Shown here: in pieces, positions 26,101 to 38,219 of the stretch
How the letters are laid out: each line of letters starts with the position of its first letter
Position numbering within the stretch: position 1 is the first letter of the stretch
Made by a program: the position numbers and the translations under genes
Notes under the pieces: generated by a model
The model's database searches: none
The model's input: only the letters and a program-made list of their open reading frames with translations
What the model was told of the DNA's origin: nothing
Source: Podarcis muralis
Lineage: Eukaryota
Direction: 5' to 3'
NCBI RefSeq assembly: GCF_964188315.1
Contig: NC_135667.1
Span: 11,718,001-11,782,000, forward strand
DNA length: 64,000 bases

Positions 26101-28800
26101 TGTTTGTTGTGGGGGAGGAAGGGAAAGAAGAATGTTAGCCGCTTTGAGACTCCTGAAGGGGAGTGAAAGGCGGGATATCAAATCCAAACTCTTCTTCTTC
26201 ATCATCATCAATTTCCCAGGCATTTTCTTAATAATAACCTTTCCCTTTGGATAGGTGCCACCCGTTTCAGTATGTAATGACAACTGCCATCCTGGTTACC
26301 GGAAGTTTAAAAAGGAGGGGGAGAAATTTTGCTGTTATGATTGTGTTCCATGTCCAGATGGGATGTTTTCAAATGAGATTGGTAGGATTTACTGTTTTGC
26401 AAGTTAGCTGTTATGATTCTAAATAATAATTTTATTTGTACCCTGCCCATCTGAACGGGTTGGATTATTAACTTTGGGGTCCCCCCCCCACATTCAAATC
26501 ATGATATAATATATGGTTCTTATTGTTTATATAGTTAAGTTTTATGGAAAGACCTTGATAATATTATGAAAACTTATAATATGATTAGAAACACAGGTAA
26601 AATATTTCAGCGTAACGAAATTCCAAAGTAACTCTGAAATAATAATGGCATAATTCATTGTCCGAATATGTAGAACATCCCATTAAAACTATTTTTGGTT
26701 AGTGTGAAAAAAATGCTTTTAAAACAGAAGACCTGTTATGAAGCGTCTCAAGAAAGTCTTGAGAGCCCTCAAGAATTCTCCCCTCTCATTAACCTGGTGG
26801 ATTTGGGTCTCCTTAGAGGTCCTTCTCATAGTGCTCCAAAACCACCATACTTTCAAACAATATAGTTTCTGTCACACCATGGCTCAGACCTCCAGAAAAG
26901 CAACTCTGAAATCAGTACCAATTCCTTGTCCTCCCCTTTCTTGTCCCCTTTCTTGTCCTCCCCTTTCTCCAGAGGTTTGTTAGCAGTTCTACATCTTTCA
27001 CTGTTCCGCACATTGGTTATGAATCTTCCCAGAAACGATTCACCCAATAGCTTTCCCCTTTTTGTTGTTCTCTTTCGGTCCAACCGCATCATCTCTCCTT
27101 ATCCCTGCTTTTGCCATCCCATTCCAGCACGAATGAATGAAACTTGATTTGTGTCAGCCATCAGCCATAGCAACAAAAGAACATTGGTACACAGAACAAA
27201 ATAAAAAGTCAGTTATATAAAACACAGTTTAGGGTCCTGAGTCAGCAATCAAAAAGTGGACATTATTCTGATATTTTATAAGTTCTTGAATGGCATCATA
27301 TTTCTGGTATAAATGCACCACTGCTTGTCCATATATCACAATACACCCAAGAATCAAGGCAGCGTGCGATAAAATAGCTTGAAACAAAGGGAAACGAATC
27401 AATCAGGATAGAGCAGACATGATCTGTTCTTTAAGAACAAACTATTTGGGCAGAGGATAAAAAGTTTCAACACATCATTATTTTGGCTTCTCATATATTG
27501 TATATCTTTTGCAATAATTCTTTCTTTTCACTGCACAACAGTTGTGCATTAGCAGAAATTAATTAACCAGGATTTAATGTAAGTTGTGGTCTGTTTTTAA
27601 AGAACAAAGCTATTTCGCCAGCAGAAAGTCTAATCAAATTATCATTATTTTGGCTTCCAAGATATTGAATAACTTCTGCAATGATTCTCTCTTTTCACTG
27701 CATTGCAGTTGTTATTATAATGGGGGGAGAAGGGGGTTAAGACTCTGGGTTTGATCTTCGGCTTTTGTTTTTGGAAGCACATTGTTACAAAGGCTTTGTA
27801 ATGTTTCCATGGTGAATATTTGTTAGGGGGACTCTTGAAAAAACAGTTCTTAATCTTGAGAATAATGTTCATTGAATTAAATTTCATTTCCCTCCCAGAC
27901 ATGGAAACTTGTGTCACTTGTCCAAATCATCAGTATCCAAACAAAGATCGGGATCAATGCATTCCTAAGATTCCAAACTTCCTGGCTTTAGATGACACTT
28001 TGGGCATTGTTCTAATTTCCTTTGCGGTTTTGTTGTCTCTGACCACAATTTTGGTATTTGTCATCTTCATTAAATGCTGGGACACTGCCATAGTCAAAGC
28101 CAACAACAGAGACCTCACCAACGTTCTCCTCATCTCCCTCCTCTTGTGCTTCCTCTGTTCCTTACTGTTCATCGGAAGGCCTAATGAGGTGACCTGTCGT
28201 ATCCGACAAACTGCTTTTGGCATTGTCTTCTCTGTAGCCCTTTCTAGCATCTTGGCCAAAACCATCTCTGTGGTTTTGGCATTCATGGCTACTAAACCAG
28301 GATCCAGGATGAGGAAATGGATTGGTAAACGCTTGGCTTATTCCGTAGTCATCTCCTCCTCCAGTACTCAAGTAGGGATTTGTATTCTGTGGTTGGGAAC
28401 CTTTCCACCATTCCCAGATGTGGACACACCCTCAGGGACTGAAGAAATTGTATTGCTATGTAACGAAGGCTCAAGCATCATGTTTTATTGTGTCTTGGGC
28501 TACATGGGCTTCCTAGCCATTGTCAGCTTCACTGTAGCTTTCCTAGCCAGGAAGTTACCTGACAGTTTTAATGAAGCCAAGTTCATCACTTTCAGTATGT
28601 TGGTATTTTGCAGTGTTTGGCTCTCTTTTGTTCCAAGTTACCTGAGCACAAGAGGAAAATACATGGTGGCTGTGGAGATTTTCTCCATCTTGGCTTCCAG
28701 TGCAGGGTTACTAGGATGTATCTTTTTCCCTAAATGCTACATTATTGTTTTTAGGCCTGAGCTTAACAACAAAGAACAGCTAATGCAGAGAAATAAATGA
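19887..28800 (+). CDS. Vmn2r: V2R gene C, complete and intact, 890 aa (881 aa if the ATG at 19914 is used)
   Basis: Exons 19887-20119, 21458-21749, 22522-23412, 24632-24859, 26255-26381 and 27899-28800 sum to 2673 bp with no stops. Confidence 0.95.
20356..20410. repeat. (CTTC)n microsatellite; homologous array at about 56160-56215
   Basis: Same intron-1 position in C and F. Confidence 0.9.
21458..21749 (+). CDS. Vmn2r: V2R C exon 2
   Basis: ttgcag|C ATG ACG ACA AAG...IPQ|gt; 292 bp. Confidence 0.94.
22020..22205. mobile_element. hAT-type MITE
   Basis: Imperfect CAGGG...CCCTG termini with an exact 8-bp TSD GGTTAGAT (22012-22019 and 22206-22213). Confidence 0.85.
22522..23412 (+). CDS. Vmn2r: V2R C exon 3
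   Basis: ISYGSF...EPWK|gt; 891 bp. Confidence 0.94.
23808..24560 (+). mobile_element. LTR-like insertion in intron 3 of C (approximate ends)
   Basis: Purine-rich block (gaggagtggtgg...cagagccagggg) not seen in the homologous intron of F; TSD not identified. Confidence 0.4.
24632..24859 (+). CDS. Vmn2r: V2R C exon 4
   Basis: [15 protein letters not shown]...NLSQ|gt; 228 bp. Confidence 0.93.
25845..25950. repeat. Compound minisatellite of gattcttacttatttaagatc units
   Basis: Direct reading. Confidence 0.85.
25951..26200 (+). mobile_element. tRNA-derived SINE (Squam1-like)
   Basis: A-box-like tggtgtagtgg, B-box-like gggttcgcgtc and a (CTT)n tail; three copies in the window. Confidence 0.85.
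26255..26381 (+). CDS. Vmn2r: V2R C exon 5
   Basis: [14 protein letters not shown]...[12 protein letters not shown]; 127 bp. Confidence 0.93.
27110..27420 (-). mobile_element. LINE 3' end (RTEX-like)
   Basis: About 130 bp shared with 41820-41955, ending in an AAT(C/A)AAGTTTCATT tail on the minus strand. Confidence 0.5.
27899..28800 (+). CDS. Vmn2r: V2R C exon 6 (7TM)
   Basis: cag|AC ATG GAA ACT TGT...RNK*; 902 bp. Confidence 0.95.
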
Positions 28801-29264
28801 ATAATAAATTTGTTTTTTATTTCCTTGCACAGCAAAACATAAAATAGCTACAGGAAAACTGGTACTATGTGAAATAATGAAAGTATTACAGCATTTATTA
28901 TTATTGTGTGGTGGTTTTGAGATCAATATTTTTTATTTTAATTTAAGTTCTATTTCTTTGTGGAAGCCAGCCTGAAGCTCTTTCATCTTTTAAGTAAAAT
29001 TAGAGGCTACTCTGACATATTCATTTTAATATATCTATTTGGTTTTTAAATGGAATCTTTGTATGATTTAATACTTCATTGCTTGAGTATAAAGAGAGGG
29101 CTCAATGCAACAATGCTTTTGTTGTATTGTATCCATAGACTTGTATATATGAAATGGGATCAAGTCAGTTTTCAGTTTTTGGTACAAATCTTTTTTTATA
29201 ATGTGCCAGAAAACACACATTTTGTTTATACTTCTGAAGAATGGGTAGATCCCAACTCAGCCCT

Positions 29265-29581
29265 GTAAGGTAAAGGTACCCCTGCCCGCACGGGCCAGTC
29301 TTGCCAGACTCTAGGGTTGTGCGCCCATCTCACTCAAGAGGCCGGGGGCCAGCGCTGTCCGCAGACACTTCCGGGTCACGTGGCCAGCGTGACAAGCTGC
29401 ATCTGGCGAGCCAGCGCAGCACACGGAACGCCGTTTACCTTCCCACTAGTAAGCGGTCCCTATTTATCTACTTGCACCCGGGGGTGCTTTCGAACTGCTA
29501 GGTTGGCAGGCGCTGGGACCGAGCAACGGGAGTGCAGCGGGGATTCGAACCGGCGACCTTTCGATCGGCAAGTCCTAGGCA
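29265..29581 (-). mobile_element. Sauria SINE, 5'-truncated, young
   Basis: Reverse complement of most of 34732-35094, with (ACCTTT)n tail and CpGs retained. Confidence 0.88.
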
Positions 29582-30197
29582 CAATGAATGGAAGGTCCTT
29601 CCATGTCTTCTATATTACAAATCAAGCCAATATTACATCAAAACTATCTGAGATCTTAATTATGCTGAAACTTGTTGTTCGAGAAATATATTTCCTAAAA
29701 ATATTAGCAACAACAAAATCAAAACATTGTGATTTATATAAAGAGTGAGAACAATACATAATGCAACATTATTTAAAAATTAATCAAGAAGACAAAGCTT
29801 TAAAGACATCAAAATTTCAAAATAGCACATTACATTGATATATTTTAATATAACATGTTCTTCATATTTGGATTAAGAAAAATGCTATCTGCTACCGTTA
29901 TTAATGTACTTTATTCTCCCTCCCCTTCTCAACATCTTGATCAGTCATTAAGAGTTAAGTTAAGTTTAGATCCCTAGTTCCTCCTTAAATTTCAGGTTTT
30001 TGAGATTAACATTTCTCTTTCTCTGACTCTCCTGGTCAGAATACCCTTGAATATGAATTAAATAATATAAAATAAATAGGTTTGAGAACACCACAAGCAA
30101 AATTGCTGAAATAATTTAGTTCTTCCCAGTTGATTGTATCACACCTCTTTTATGATCCTGCATAGGATTCCAAGAGTCAGGTAGGTAGCTGTGCAGT

Positions 30198-30198
<1 letters not shown>

Positions 30199-30246
<48 letters not shown>
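30199..30246. repeat. (AT)n microsatellite
   Basis: Direct reading. Confidence 0.95.
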
Positions 30247-30247
<1 letters not shown>

Positions 30248-30251
<4 letters not shown>

Positions 30252-30310
30252 AGTAGCACCTTAGAGACCAACTAAGTTTGTTCTTGGTATGAGCTTCCGT
30301 GTGCATGCAG
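30248..30310. mobile_element. Penelope-like terminal fragment next to (AT)n
   Basis: gtccagtagcaccttagagaccaactaagtttgttcttggtatgagct, recognised from memory as a lizard PLE terminus. Confidence 0.5.
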
Positions 30311-30324
30311 TGCTCTGTAATTTA

Positions 30325-31223
30325 TCACTTTCTTCGTATTAGTTGTTCTCTAGTGTTCAACTCAGGCCTCATAAGAATAATGTAACATTTGGGGGAAAAG
30401 ATGCAATTCAGCAGTCCAGCACTGGAGGTCAAGATGGAGAAGATCTCAACAGCTACCATGTATTTTCCTCTTGTGCTCAAATAAGTTGGAACAAAGGTCA
30501 GCCAAACACTGCAAAAGACCAACATGCTGAAGGTGATGAACTTGGCTTCATTGAAAGTGTCGGGCAACTTCCTGGCTAGGAACGCCACACTGAAGCAGAC
30601 AATGGCCAGGAAACCCATGTAACTCAAAACACAATAAAACATGATGGTTGATCCTTCGTTACAGAGCACAACTATTTCATCAGTCAATGAGCTCATGTCC
30701 AAATCTGGAAATGGAGAAGAAGTTGCAAGCCATAAAACACAGATGCCCAATTAAATATTGGAGCAAAAGAGGACAATGGAATAAGACAATCCTTTCCCTA
30801 ACCATTTTCTCATCCTGGATCCTGGTTTGGTGGCCATGAATGCTGAAACCACAGAAGTTGTTTTGGCCAAGATGCAAGAGAGGGACACAGTTAAGATGAT
30901 GCCAAAAGCAGTTTGTCGGAGAAGACAAGTTACCTTGTTAGGTTTTCCAATGAACATGAAGGAGCAGAGGAAGCAGAAGAGGAGGGAGATGAGGAGAATG
31001 TAGGTGAGGCTTCTGTTGTTGGCTTTGACTATGGCTGTGTCCCGGTGCTTAATGAAGATGCCCAGCACCAGAACTGTGATCAGAGAGGGAATTAGTGCCA
31101 AGAAAGTTAAAACAATGCCCAAAGTGTCATCAAAAGCTAGGAAGTTTTGTGTCTTAAGAATGCATTGATCCTTCCCTTTGCTTGGATATTGATCTCCTGG
31201 ACAGGTGACACAAGTTTCCAAGC
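30325..31223 (-). pseudogene. Vmn2r: V2R D exon 6 (7TM, premature stop)
   Basis: ...FCSNI*LGICVLW...; the two track ORFs are in the same frame, separated by one TAA. Confidence 0.93.
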
Positions 31224-31377
31224 CTGAAAAACAAGAAGAAGCAGGTAGGACTATTTAAAAGCATGAATAATGGTTGTAACAAAGTGGAACCATATAAACC
31301 TTTGAATTTGTCTGATAGTATTATTTCAAACAGTGATGACAGAGATCAAACCTTGAATTTTCTATAAGAATATGTGG

Positions 31378-31616
31378 GTTGTAGTGGATTTGATATCCCG
31401 CTTTATCACTACCCTAAGGAGTCTCAAAGTGGCTAACATTCTCCTTTCCCTTCCTTCCCCACAACAAACACTCTGTGAGGTGAGTGAGGCTGAGAGACTT
31501 CAGAGAAGTGTGACTAGCCCAAGGTCACCCAGCAGCTGCATGTGGAGGAGCAGGGAAGCGAACCCGGTTCACCAGATTATGAGTCCACTGCTCTTAACCA
31601 CTGCAACACACTTAAA
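31378..31616 (-). mobile_element. tRNA-derived SINE (Squam1-like)
   Basis: Third copy of the 25951 family. Confidence 0.82.
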
Positions 31617-31886
31617 CACCTTTGCAGTGTGTGATAATTACAACTGTAACCATATTTAGTGAAGAAAGAGATACAGTATATAAAATGGATGCAACTTCTT
31701 CTCTTCCCCTCCTCTTGCCATGTTCTGAAAGGAGAGACTGCCACCTCTTTCCTCTCCTGATCTCACCATTTCTCTAACTTTCAAGCTCAACTTTGATTTT
31801 TCCTAAATATGCAGCTCTGCATTTATTCCACATGTATGATCCGTACAAAGAACGTTGTTTTAAAAAAGAAAGGGAATGTGGCCTAC

Positions 31887-32013
31887 CCTCCTCATTTGAG
31901 AACATCCCGTCAGGACATGGAGCACAGTCATAGCAACAAAACTTCTCTCCCTCCTTCTTTTTCTTCCCGTATCCAGGTTGGCACATTTCGTTACACAAGC
32001 AAAGGGGTGGCAC
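31887..32013 (-). pseudogene. Vmn2r: V2R D exon 5
   Basis: VPPLCLCNEMCQPG...[12 protein letters not shown]; 127 bp. Confidence 0.92.
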
Positions 32014-32171
32014 CTATCAAAAAGTATAGAAACTTTTTCTAAATGAAGAAAAGACTTGAGGAATTCATCTGCATCCGACTGGTAAACAGCGATCTAGAGT
32101 CCAAGACTCTAAAATACTGTTCATCTAGATATGGCTGCTAACCTGTAAATCATGGAAAGCATCAGTTTGAG

Positions 32172-32307
32172 CAGGCTTCCTCAACCTCGGCCCTCCCGAT
32201 GTTTTGAGACTACAATTCCCATCACCCCAGACCACTGGTCCTGCTAGCTAGGGCTCATGGAAGTTGTAGGCCAAAAACATCTGGAGGGCCGAGGTTGAGG
32301 AAGCCTG
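32172..32307. mobile_element. hAT-type MITE, 136 bp
   Basis: 25-bp TIR CAGGCTTCCTCAACCTCGGCCCTCC with an exact 8-bp TSD AGTTTGAG. Confidence 0.92.
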
Positions 32308-32827
32308 AGTTTGAGAGTGTGGCTGCACTCAGTGTTTGCTTGCTCAGATCATTGCTGGATTCTGAGCAATAAGACCTCTTCAGCAGGCCTTGGAAGAAGC
32401 CAAAGAGTGTTTAGGGCCTAGCAAGTGGCTGAAGATCATTGGGGAGCACAATTTTTCTTAGCCTTTGAAGTGGCTGAAGAACTCATCTGGCATGTAGACC
32501 ATCTAGGTGCAGGGCTACTGGCAGGAGTGGGTTTTCTGCATTTCCTTCCCTTCCAGTCACTGTGGTGCCATTGAAAAATCACTTTTAAGTGCTGAGCTGG
32601 TCACAAACAGCACTTTTAAGTGCCAACCTTCAGTGGGGACATTTTGTTTTGTCTTCTTATTTATTTATTTTTAAATTTCCTGTTATTTTAAAACGCTACT
32701 TTTCACTTCTAGTGAATTGCAAATTTATTTATGTGTTAAATGAAGTGAAGTAATGATTCCTTTCTTTTCCTTACATCCCTCTTTATTGGATGTTGTGATT
32801 TGGGAGACGGTGCAGTTATTTTCTCAC

Positions 32828-33055
32828 CTGAGTGAAGCCTTTGTGCCATTTGATTTTTTCCTCCTTAATGGTGAGCTCTTTGTCAGGAGGAGCCTGAGGA
32901 TCCAGCTTCCCCACTTTGACCCTGACGTAGGACATATTTGGGAATGTGACCAGGTTCATAATATCAAAGCCAGCTTCTATTTCTCCATGTTCATTAAAAG
33001 TAATTTCTTCTCCAGCACTGTTGTTGAATGAAATTATACGAAGGGATGAGTGGAG
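32828..33055 (-). pseudogene. Vmn2r: V2R D exon 4
   Basis: [15 protein letters not shown]...GFTQ|gt; 228 bp, open. Confidence 0.9.
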
Positions 33056-34149
33056 CTAGATGGAAAGAGAGAGAGAATAAAGCAAACTAAAAAGTACTAA
33101 GATTCTTCAATAGCTTGTATTTAAATGATTTTTCTCCAGGGAAGAACCATTGCAATTTACAATGGACATCACCTGTCATTTGGTAGCTTACATGTGAAGA
33201 GAGTGGCCCATCGTGGTGAAAACACAAAGGTTCTGCAAAAAGACCTCCCAAATTGATCAGGGAGGGGGTGGGATTAAAGCTGTTGTTTATTATCAGTCTT
33301 TGGCAAGTAAGGGAAGGAATTTGAGAACATGTACAAGGCCAGCGAGATTTATTGGTCAAGGGCACACTGGCAAGCGCATATGAAATCACAATGCAGGTCA
33401 TGACACCTGTTAGTGAGGAAACATTACCACTAAGAGTTCCACAATCCCATTTTAATTTTGTCAGTCATAAGTATTGCGGAGAATGCTTAGGTCACTTCCA
33501 GACTGTCAGTATTTTGTGGAAGAGATTAATGCCCATACTGCAAGCCACACTGGCCTGGGGATACTGGGGCAAGATGGCACTGAGGTAGGAAGTGCTTATC
33601 AGAACTCTGCATATTCTCTTTCAATTACATGACTGGGGTTTGCTTTTCTGGCTTCTCTCCCCCCCCCCCCCCGCTCTTTTTCTCTTTTTAAAATTCCTCC
33701 TATCGAAGGGAACGTTGTTTTATGTGTTCGGGCAACCCCAGGAATTTGCAACCTAGAACATTGTGAAGCTAGCGTCGTAAATTAGTTTTAACGAAGTCTA
33801 ACAGCCTTGCAGCCACCACCCTGGTTTCCTGTTAACTATATCTCCACATTTTAAAAACTTCTTTTGAAGACTTTTAACCTTCAAAACCTTTTAATCTCTT
33901 AAAATCCTTTTTAATTCCTTTGACCCCCTATATTTTAAACAAAATGAAAGAGAGGAAAATTGCTGTTGCTGAAGAGACTATGTTGAAATAACGCCCTGTT
34001 TGCGTTTGACTTTTAGCCTCCTCTCTATTACCTTCCTGCCCACAAAGTTGCTGTAGATCAATCTGGACTGGATGAGACTGTGGGCTACCAGAGGAACTTT
34101 TAAGTGTATAGTTGCAGAGCTGCAAACCCATGCGCCATGGGAATATGAA

Positions 34150-34690
34150 GAATATAGGGTGGGTTATGGGCCCAATTCAAGATGCTCATGTTGGTGTTTA
34201 AAGCTCCAAATGACTCAGGCCTCAAATACCTAAAAGCAGACCCCTTGACCTCCTCAATGTTTGTTGGACGCATCACAGGATCAGTGGCCAGCTCCTCCAG
34301 TGTGCTTGGCCTCCGCCTGGTGATGTTAAAATGCCTGTGTATGCTGCAGGTTGGGGTCCCTCAGTCTTGGGGGCAATCTGAAGCCTCTGCCTGAAAGACA
34401 GCCTACTTTGTAAAAACCCTCTTAGATGTTGTGATTGGTGGACACTGCCTTCTTGGTTGTTCCTCCACCCTCAGAAGCTCAAGGGTGGTGGCTGAGAGAG
34501 GACATTCTATGAGGCCGTCCCTCTTTATGCTCACATTTAACCCTTAAAATGTGTATTTTATGTATATGTAATTTCAAGTTTTCTTTACACTGTTTTTAAT
34601 TTTTTTATTTTAAAATTAAAGATGTTTTTAGATTGCTGTCATCTGTACTGGATCTTAGGGTCAAGGGCAGCTATTAAATTCTAGAAGCAA
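34150..34690 (+). mobile_element. Old L2-type 3' fragment
   Basis: gcccaattcaagatgctcatgttggtgtttaaagc encodes an AQFKMLxLVFKA-like L2 motif and runs into an AT-rich tail. Confidence 0.55.
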
Positions 34691-34731
34691 TAAGAATAGT
34701 AATATTTAACCAGGAATATATGTAAACACCA

Positions 34732-35094
34732 GGGACGCAGGTGGCGCTGTGGGTAAAAGCCTCAGCGCCTAGGGCTTGCCGATCGAAAGGTCGGCGGTTC
34801 GAATCCCTGCGGCGGGGTGCGCTCCCGCTGTTCGGTCCCAGCGCCTGCCAACCTAGCAGTTCGAAAGCACCCCCGGGTGCAAGTAGATAAATAGGGACCG
34901 CTTACAAGCGGGAAGGTAAACGGCGTTTCCGTGTGCGGCTCTGGCTCGCCAGAGCAGCGATGTCACGCTGGCCACGTGACCTGGAAGTGTCTCCAGACAG
35001 CGCTGGCCCCCGGCCTCTTGAGTGAGATGGACGCACAACCCTAGAGTCTGTCAAGACTGGCCCATACGGGCAGGGGTACCTTTACCTTTACCTT
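34732..35094 (+). mobile_element. Full-length Sauria SINE
   Basis: A box gtggcgctgtgg, B box ggttcgaatccc, (ACCTTT)n tail and an exact 15-bp TSD TATATGTAAACACCA (34717-34731 and 35095-35109). Confidence 0.93.
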
Positions 35095-35657
35095 TATATG
35101 TAAACACCACACTGGGAAATCAGGAGGAATACTAATGGCCGTATCATCTTGCTGAAAACACATCAAAAGAAATGTCACTTAAGATATGGCATGGACAAAT
35201 CTGCCAATTTCAGTTATCTAGGTTTCTTATATTTATAATCTTTAATTGAGTACATCACATTTCTGCAATACTCTGATATTTAAAAAAATTAAAAATAGTG
35301 TAAAGTTCTCCTAACAATATTTTATATGCAATTTTGTGGAAGGCAGCAATTTTTGCAAGCATTTTCTCTTAACAAAATGATTTTTTTTGGTTTTTTAAAA
35401 ATCTTTATACTAATATACACATTTTAATGCAATCTTCCTACTATTGCATAGATATTAAATATTGTTGGGTTGGAAAACAGCAACCCAAAATTTGGAGGAA
35501 ATCAGATTTTAAAGCAGAAAGGGATTTCAAATGATAAAACCATTTGGATTTGCATATTCAAATTTGGATGAATTCTCAATCAAGTGGTCATCTAGAAGTA
35601 ACAGGATAGAGTAAAGGCTTCAGTGAAAAGACTACATTTCCTAACAGCAAACATTAC

Positions 35658-36541
35658 CTTCCAGGGCTCCAGATGATGAAGAGAGAATCTACCCACAGTC
35701 TCCTTTTTTCTCATGTTCATTCTAGCTGAGTATGTGATGTGCAAGGCATGTGCTAGAGCATGGACAGAATTATAGATACTGTAGCTGTGGCCAGCCATGC
35801 TCATTTCAAAAAATGATGAGGGAAGGCTTGTCAGCATCTCATCCCCACTACATGGCTTATCAGCAAGAAACACAGTGTGGTTTGAAAGAGAGCAACTGAA
35901 TGCTTGTTCCCAGAAATCATTGATAAAACCATCTTCACTTGCCCATGAAGGATTTACGATGGAAAGAAAATTGTTGAAGTTTTGCAACTCTGTTGTGTGA
36001 ATTGTGAAGGAGATAGCACCATGGAATTTTTGTATATCGGGATCAAGCGCCCTGTGCAAAGTATGCAATGTGAAATCAATTTGGGCTGTCGTAATCCACA
36101 CCTTTGTTGTGGATAATCTTTGTATTGAGGAAATATTCGTTGAATTATTTTGGCTGCTGCTAAACTGTTCTTCACCCATTCAAGGGCTTGATTTTCTCCA
36201 TATACAATAACAGCCTTGGCTTTGTTCTTCAGGAAAGGTGGTTCAACTATTCGTACGTCAGCAAGCATTTTCAGCATGTCATCAGAGAAATGCACATTTT
36301 TTACGCTTCTTTCTGTGAACACTGAACAGATTCCATTCTGGAAAAGCATTGGTTCTATAGTTTGCAAAAAATATTCTCCACCCTCATCATCTGTTGCAAT
36401 AAGACCTACCCATGTCCATTTGAAATACACAAGTAATTGGATAATTCCTTTACACTGGAGACGGTCATTGGGAACCATGCGGTAAAAGGAAGAGAATTTG
36501 AATTGATCATTGACTGATAATTCAAATGAGCCATAGGAAAT
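35658..36541 (-). pseudogene. Vmn2r: V2R D exon 3 (frameshifted)
   Basis: Homology switches from ORF 35954-36478 to ORF 35592-36179 at [16 protein letters not shown]. Confidence 0.92.
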
Positions 36542-37927
36542 CTAAAAGAAAATGGCAGACATTTTAGAGTGGCTTTAGGAGATGACTGTGATCTGAATTC
36601 ATGTCTTTCCTTCCAATAAATCTCAAGGCAATTAACCATGTTACTATAAAATGAACTGAAAATAAAATTAGAAACAATGCAAAACACACACAGCAGCAGC
36701 AATAAAGAGTGATTTCAATCAGTACAAATAAGCAGCCATGTCAGAGACCTATTTTTCATTTTTAGTATCTTGCAACAAAAATGCATTATTTTCTCCCTCA
36801 AATTTCCAATACTGGGTACCTGTCATAGCTCAACAGAAAAGAGAAATAGTCTCACTGTAAGCGCTGCTCCTGTTTGAAGTGGGTTTCTGGGTATCTGACA
36901 ATATACGGTATTTTGGAGCCAGTATCTATCTTAATAGCAGCTGGTGAGAACTGCATTTGTGAAGAGTGCTGTTGTGTGCAGAGTCTGTTTGCAGATTTCT
37001 CATTGGCATCTAGTTGGCCACGGTGAGAATAGACGTCTGGATGAGATTGGTGTTCGGCCTGAACTAGCAAGGGTCTTTGTATGTCGATATTGGGTATTTA
37101 AGGCAATCATTCTCAAGCAATCTTGTCCCAAGGTGTATGGGGCCTTATGTTTTAGTTCCAGAATTTTAAACCTGGCCCAGTAGGAGATTGGTATCACAGA
37201 CATATGTCTCACAGACATAGAATCATAAGCTTGTGGTCGCTATCACTTTCTGTAGTAGTTACAGTCTCCAGACAAAATAAAAGTGCATTGCAGTAATTCA
37301 CCATTGAGGATAGGAATGCATTAAAACATTTCCTGATACAGAAAGGTTCCTGCTGTCTTACTAGCTGAAGTTAGATGCACCCATATACATTTGTTTAATA
37401 AATAAAGAAACATCATTATTTGTCCATAATTTAATACTGTTACATGTTCTCATTTTACTATTCATTTCCTTATAGTACTCTGTCTCCATAGTGTTCTTAC
37501 TATGACAATATTCCCTTCCTCTGAGACGCACATGAAGAATCAGACATCATTAAATTTCCCCGTGGATATTCATTTCTATCATCAGTGGAGAAATTCTCCT
37601 ACACATAGAGCAAGCCCAAAACTTACATGGGTGTACGTTAAGGGGTTCATGCCTAAAGCCCAAATTGTGTATAGCCAAAACAAAGTTCAATGGGTGCATG
37701 TGAAATATGTGTAAATTGCCAGCTGACTGCATATCCAATACACACTGTTGGGACCAAGCCCCACCCAAACCCGTACAGCACTCAATGCCAATGCAGCTAT
37801 TGTGTCCCACCATCCCACCCCAATACTGCTCAATATTCCTGAATCATCAGATTCTTCTTGGAAAGACAGTAGAAGTGTGCCTTATAAGGGAGATTTTGGG
37901 GGAAACCCATTGCTCCCCAAATCCTAC

Positions 37928-38219
37928 CTGTGGAATCTTGTAAAGCTTCAAGATGTTTGCCATGCATAAAGAAGTATCAGAGCTCAGTCCCCCAATGACT
38001 CCTATTACATTTTCCTGGATGCCACATTTGTAGTTGGGGATGAAATGATGTGATTTAAAAAGCAGATCTAGAATGGTCCGATACGTCAACCTTGAATGGG
38101 AGTAGCTGTCATAGATGCGGAACCCAAGAGTGATATTGGGCAAGATCTTAGGATTATCGTTGATCTCATCAATTGCAAACACCAAGGCCAGGATGTGCTG
38201 GTAGAACTTGGTCACCACG
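37928..38219 (-). pseudogene. Vmn2r: V2R D exon 2
   Basis: 292 bp, open, canonical splice sites. Confidence 0.92.

Noticed and set aside
28803-28808. AATAAA immediately after the stop codon of C
   Set aside because: The hexamer is common in AT-rich DNA and cannot be called a poly(A) signal without transcript data.
34732-34812. tRNA-like A/B boxes (also near 21880-21945 and 25951-26020)
   Set aside because: They are SINE heads continuous with SINE bodies and tails; no cloverleaf.
36111-36125. Homopolymer sequencing error as the cause of the D frameshift
   Set aside because: The run is only three A, residue count favours a 4-bp deletion, and an independent nonsense codon exists. Not fully excluded without reads.
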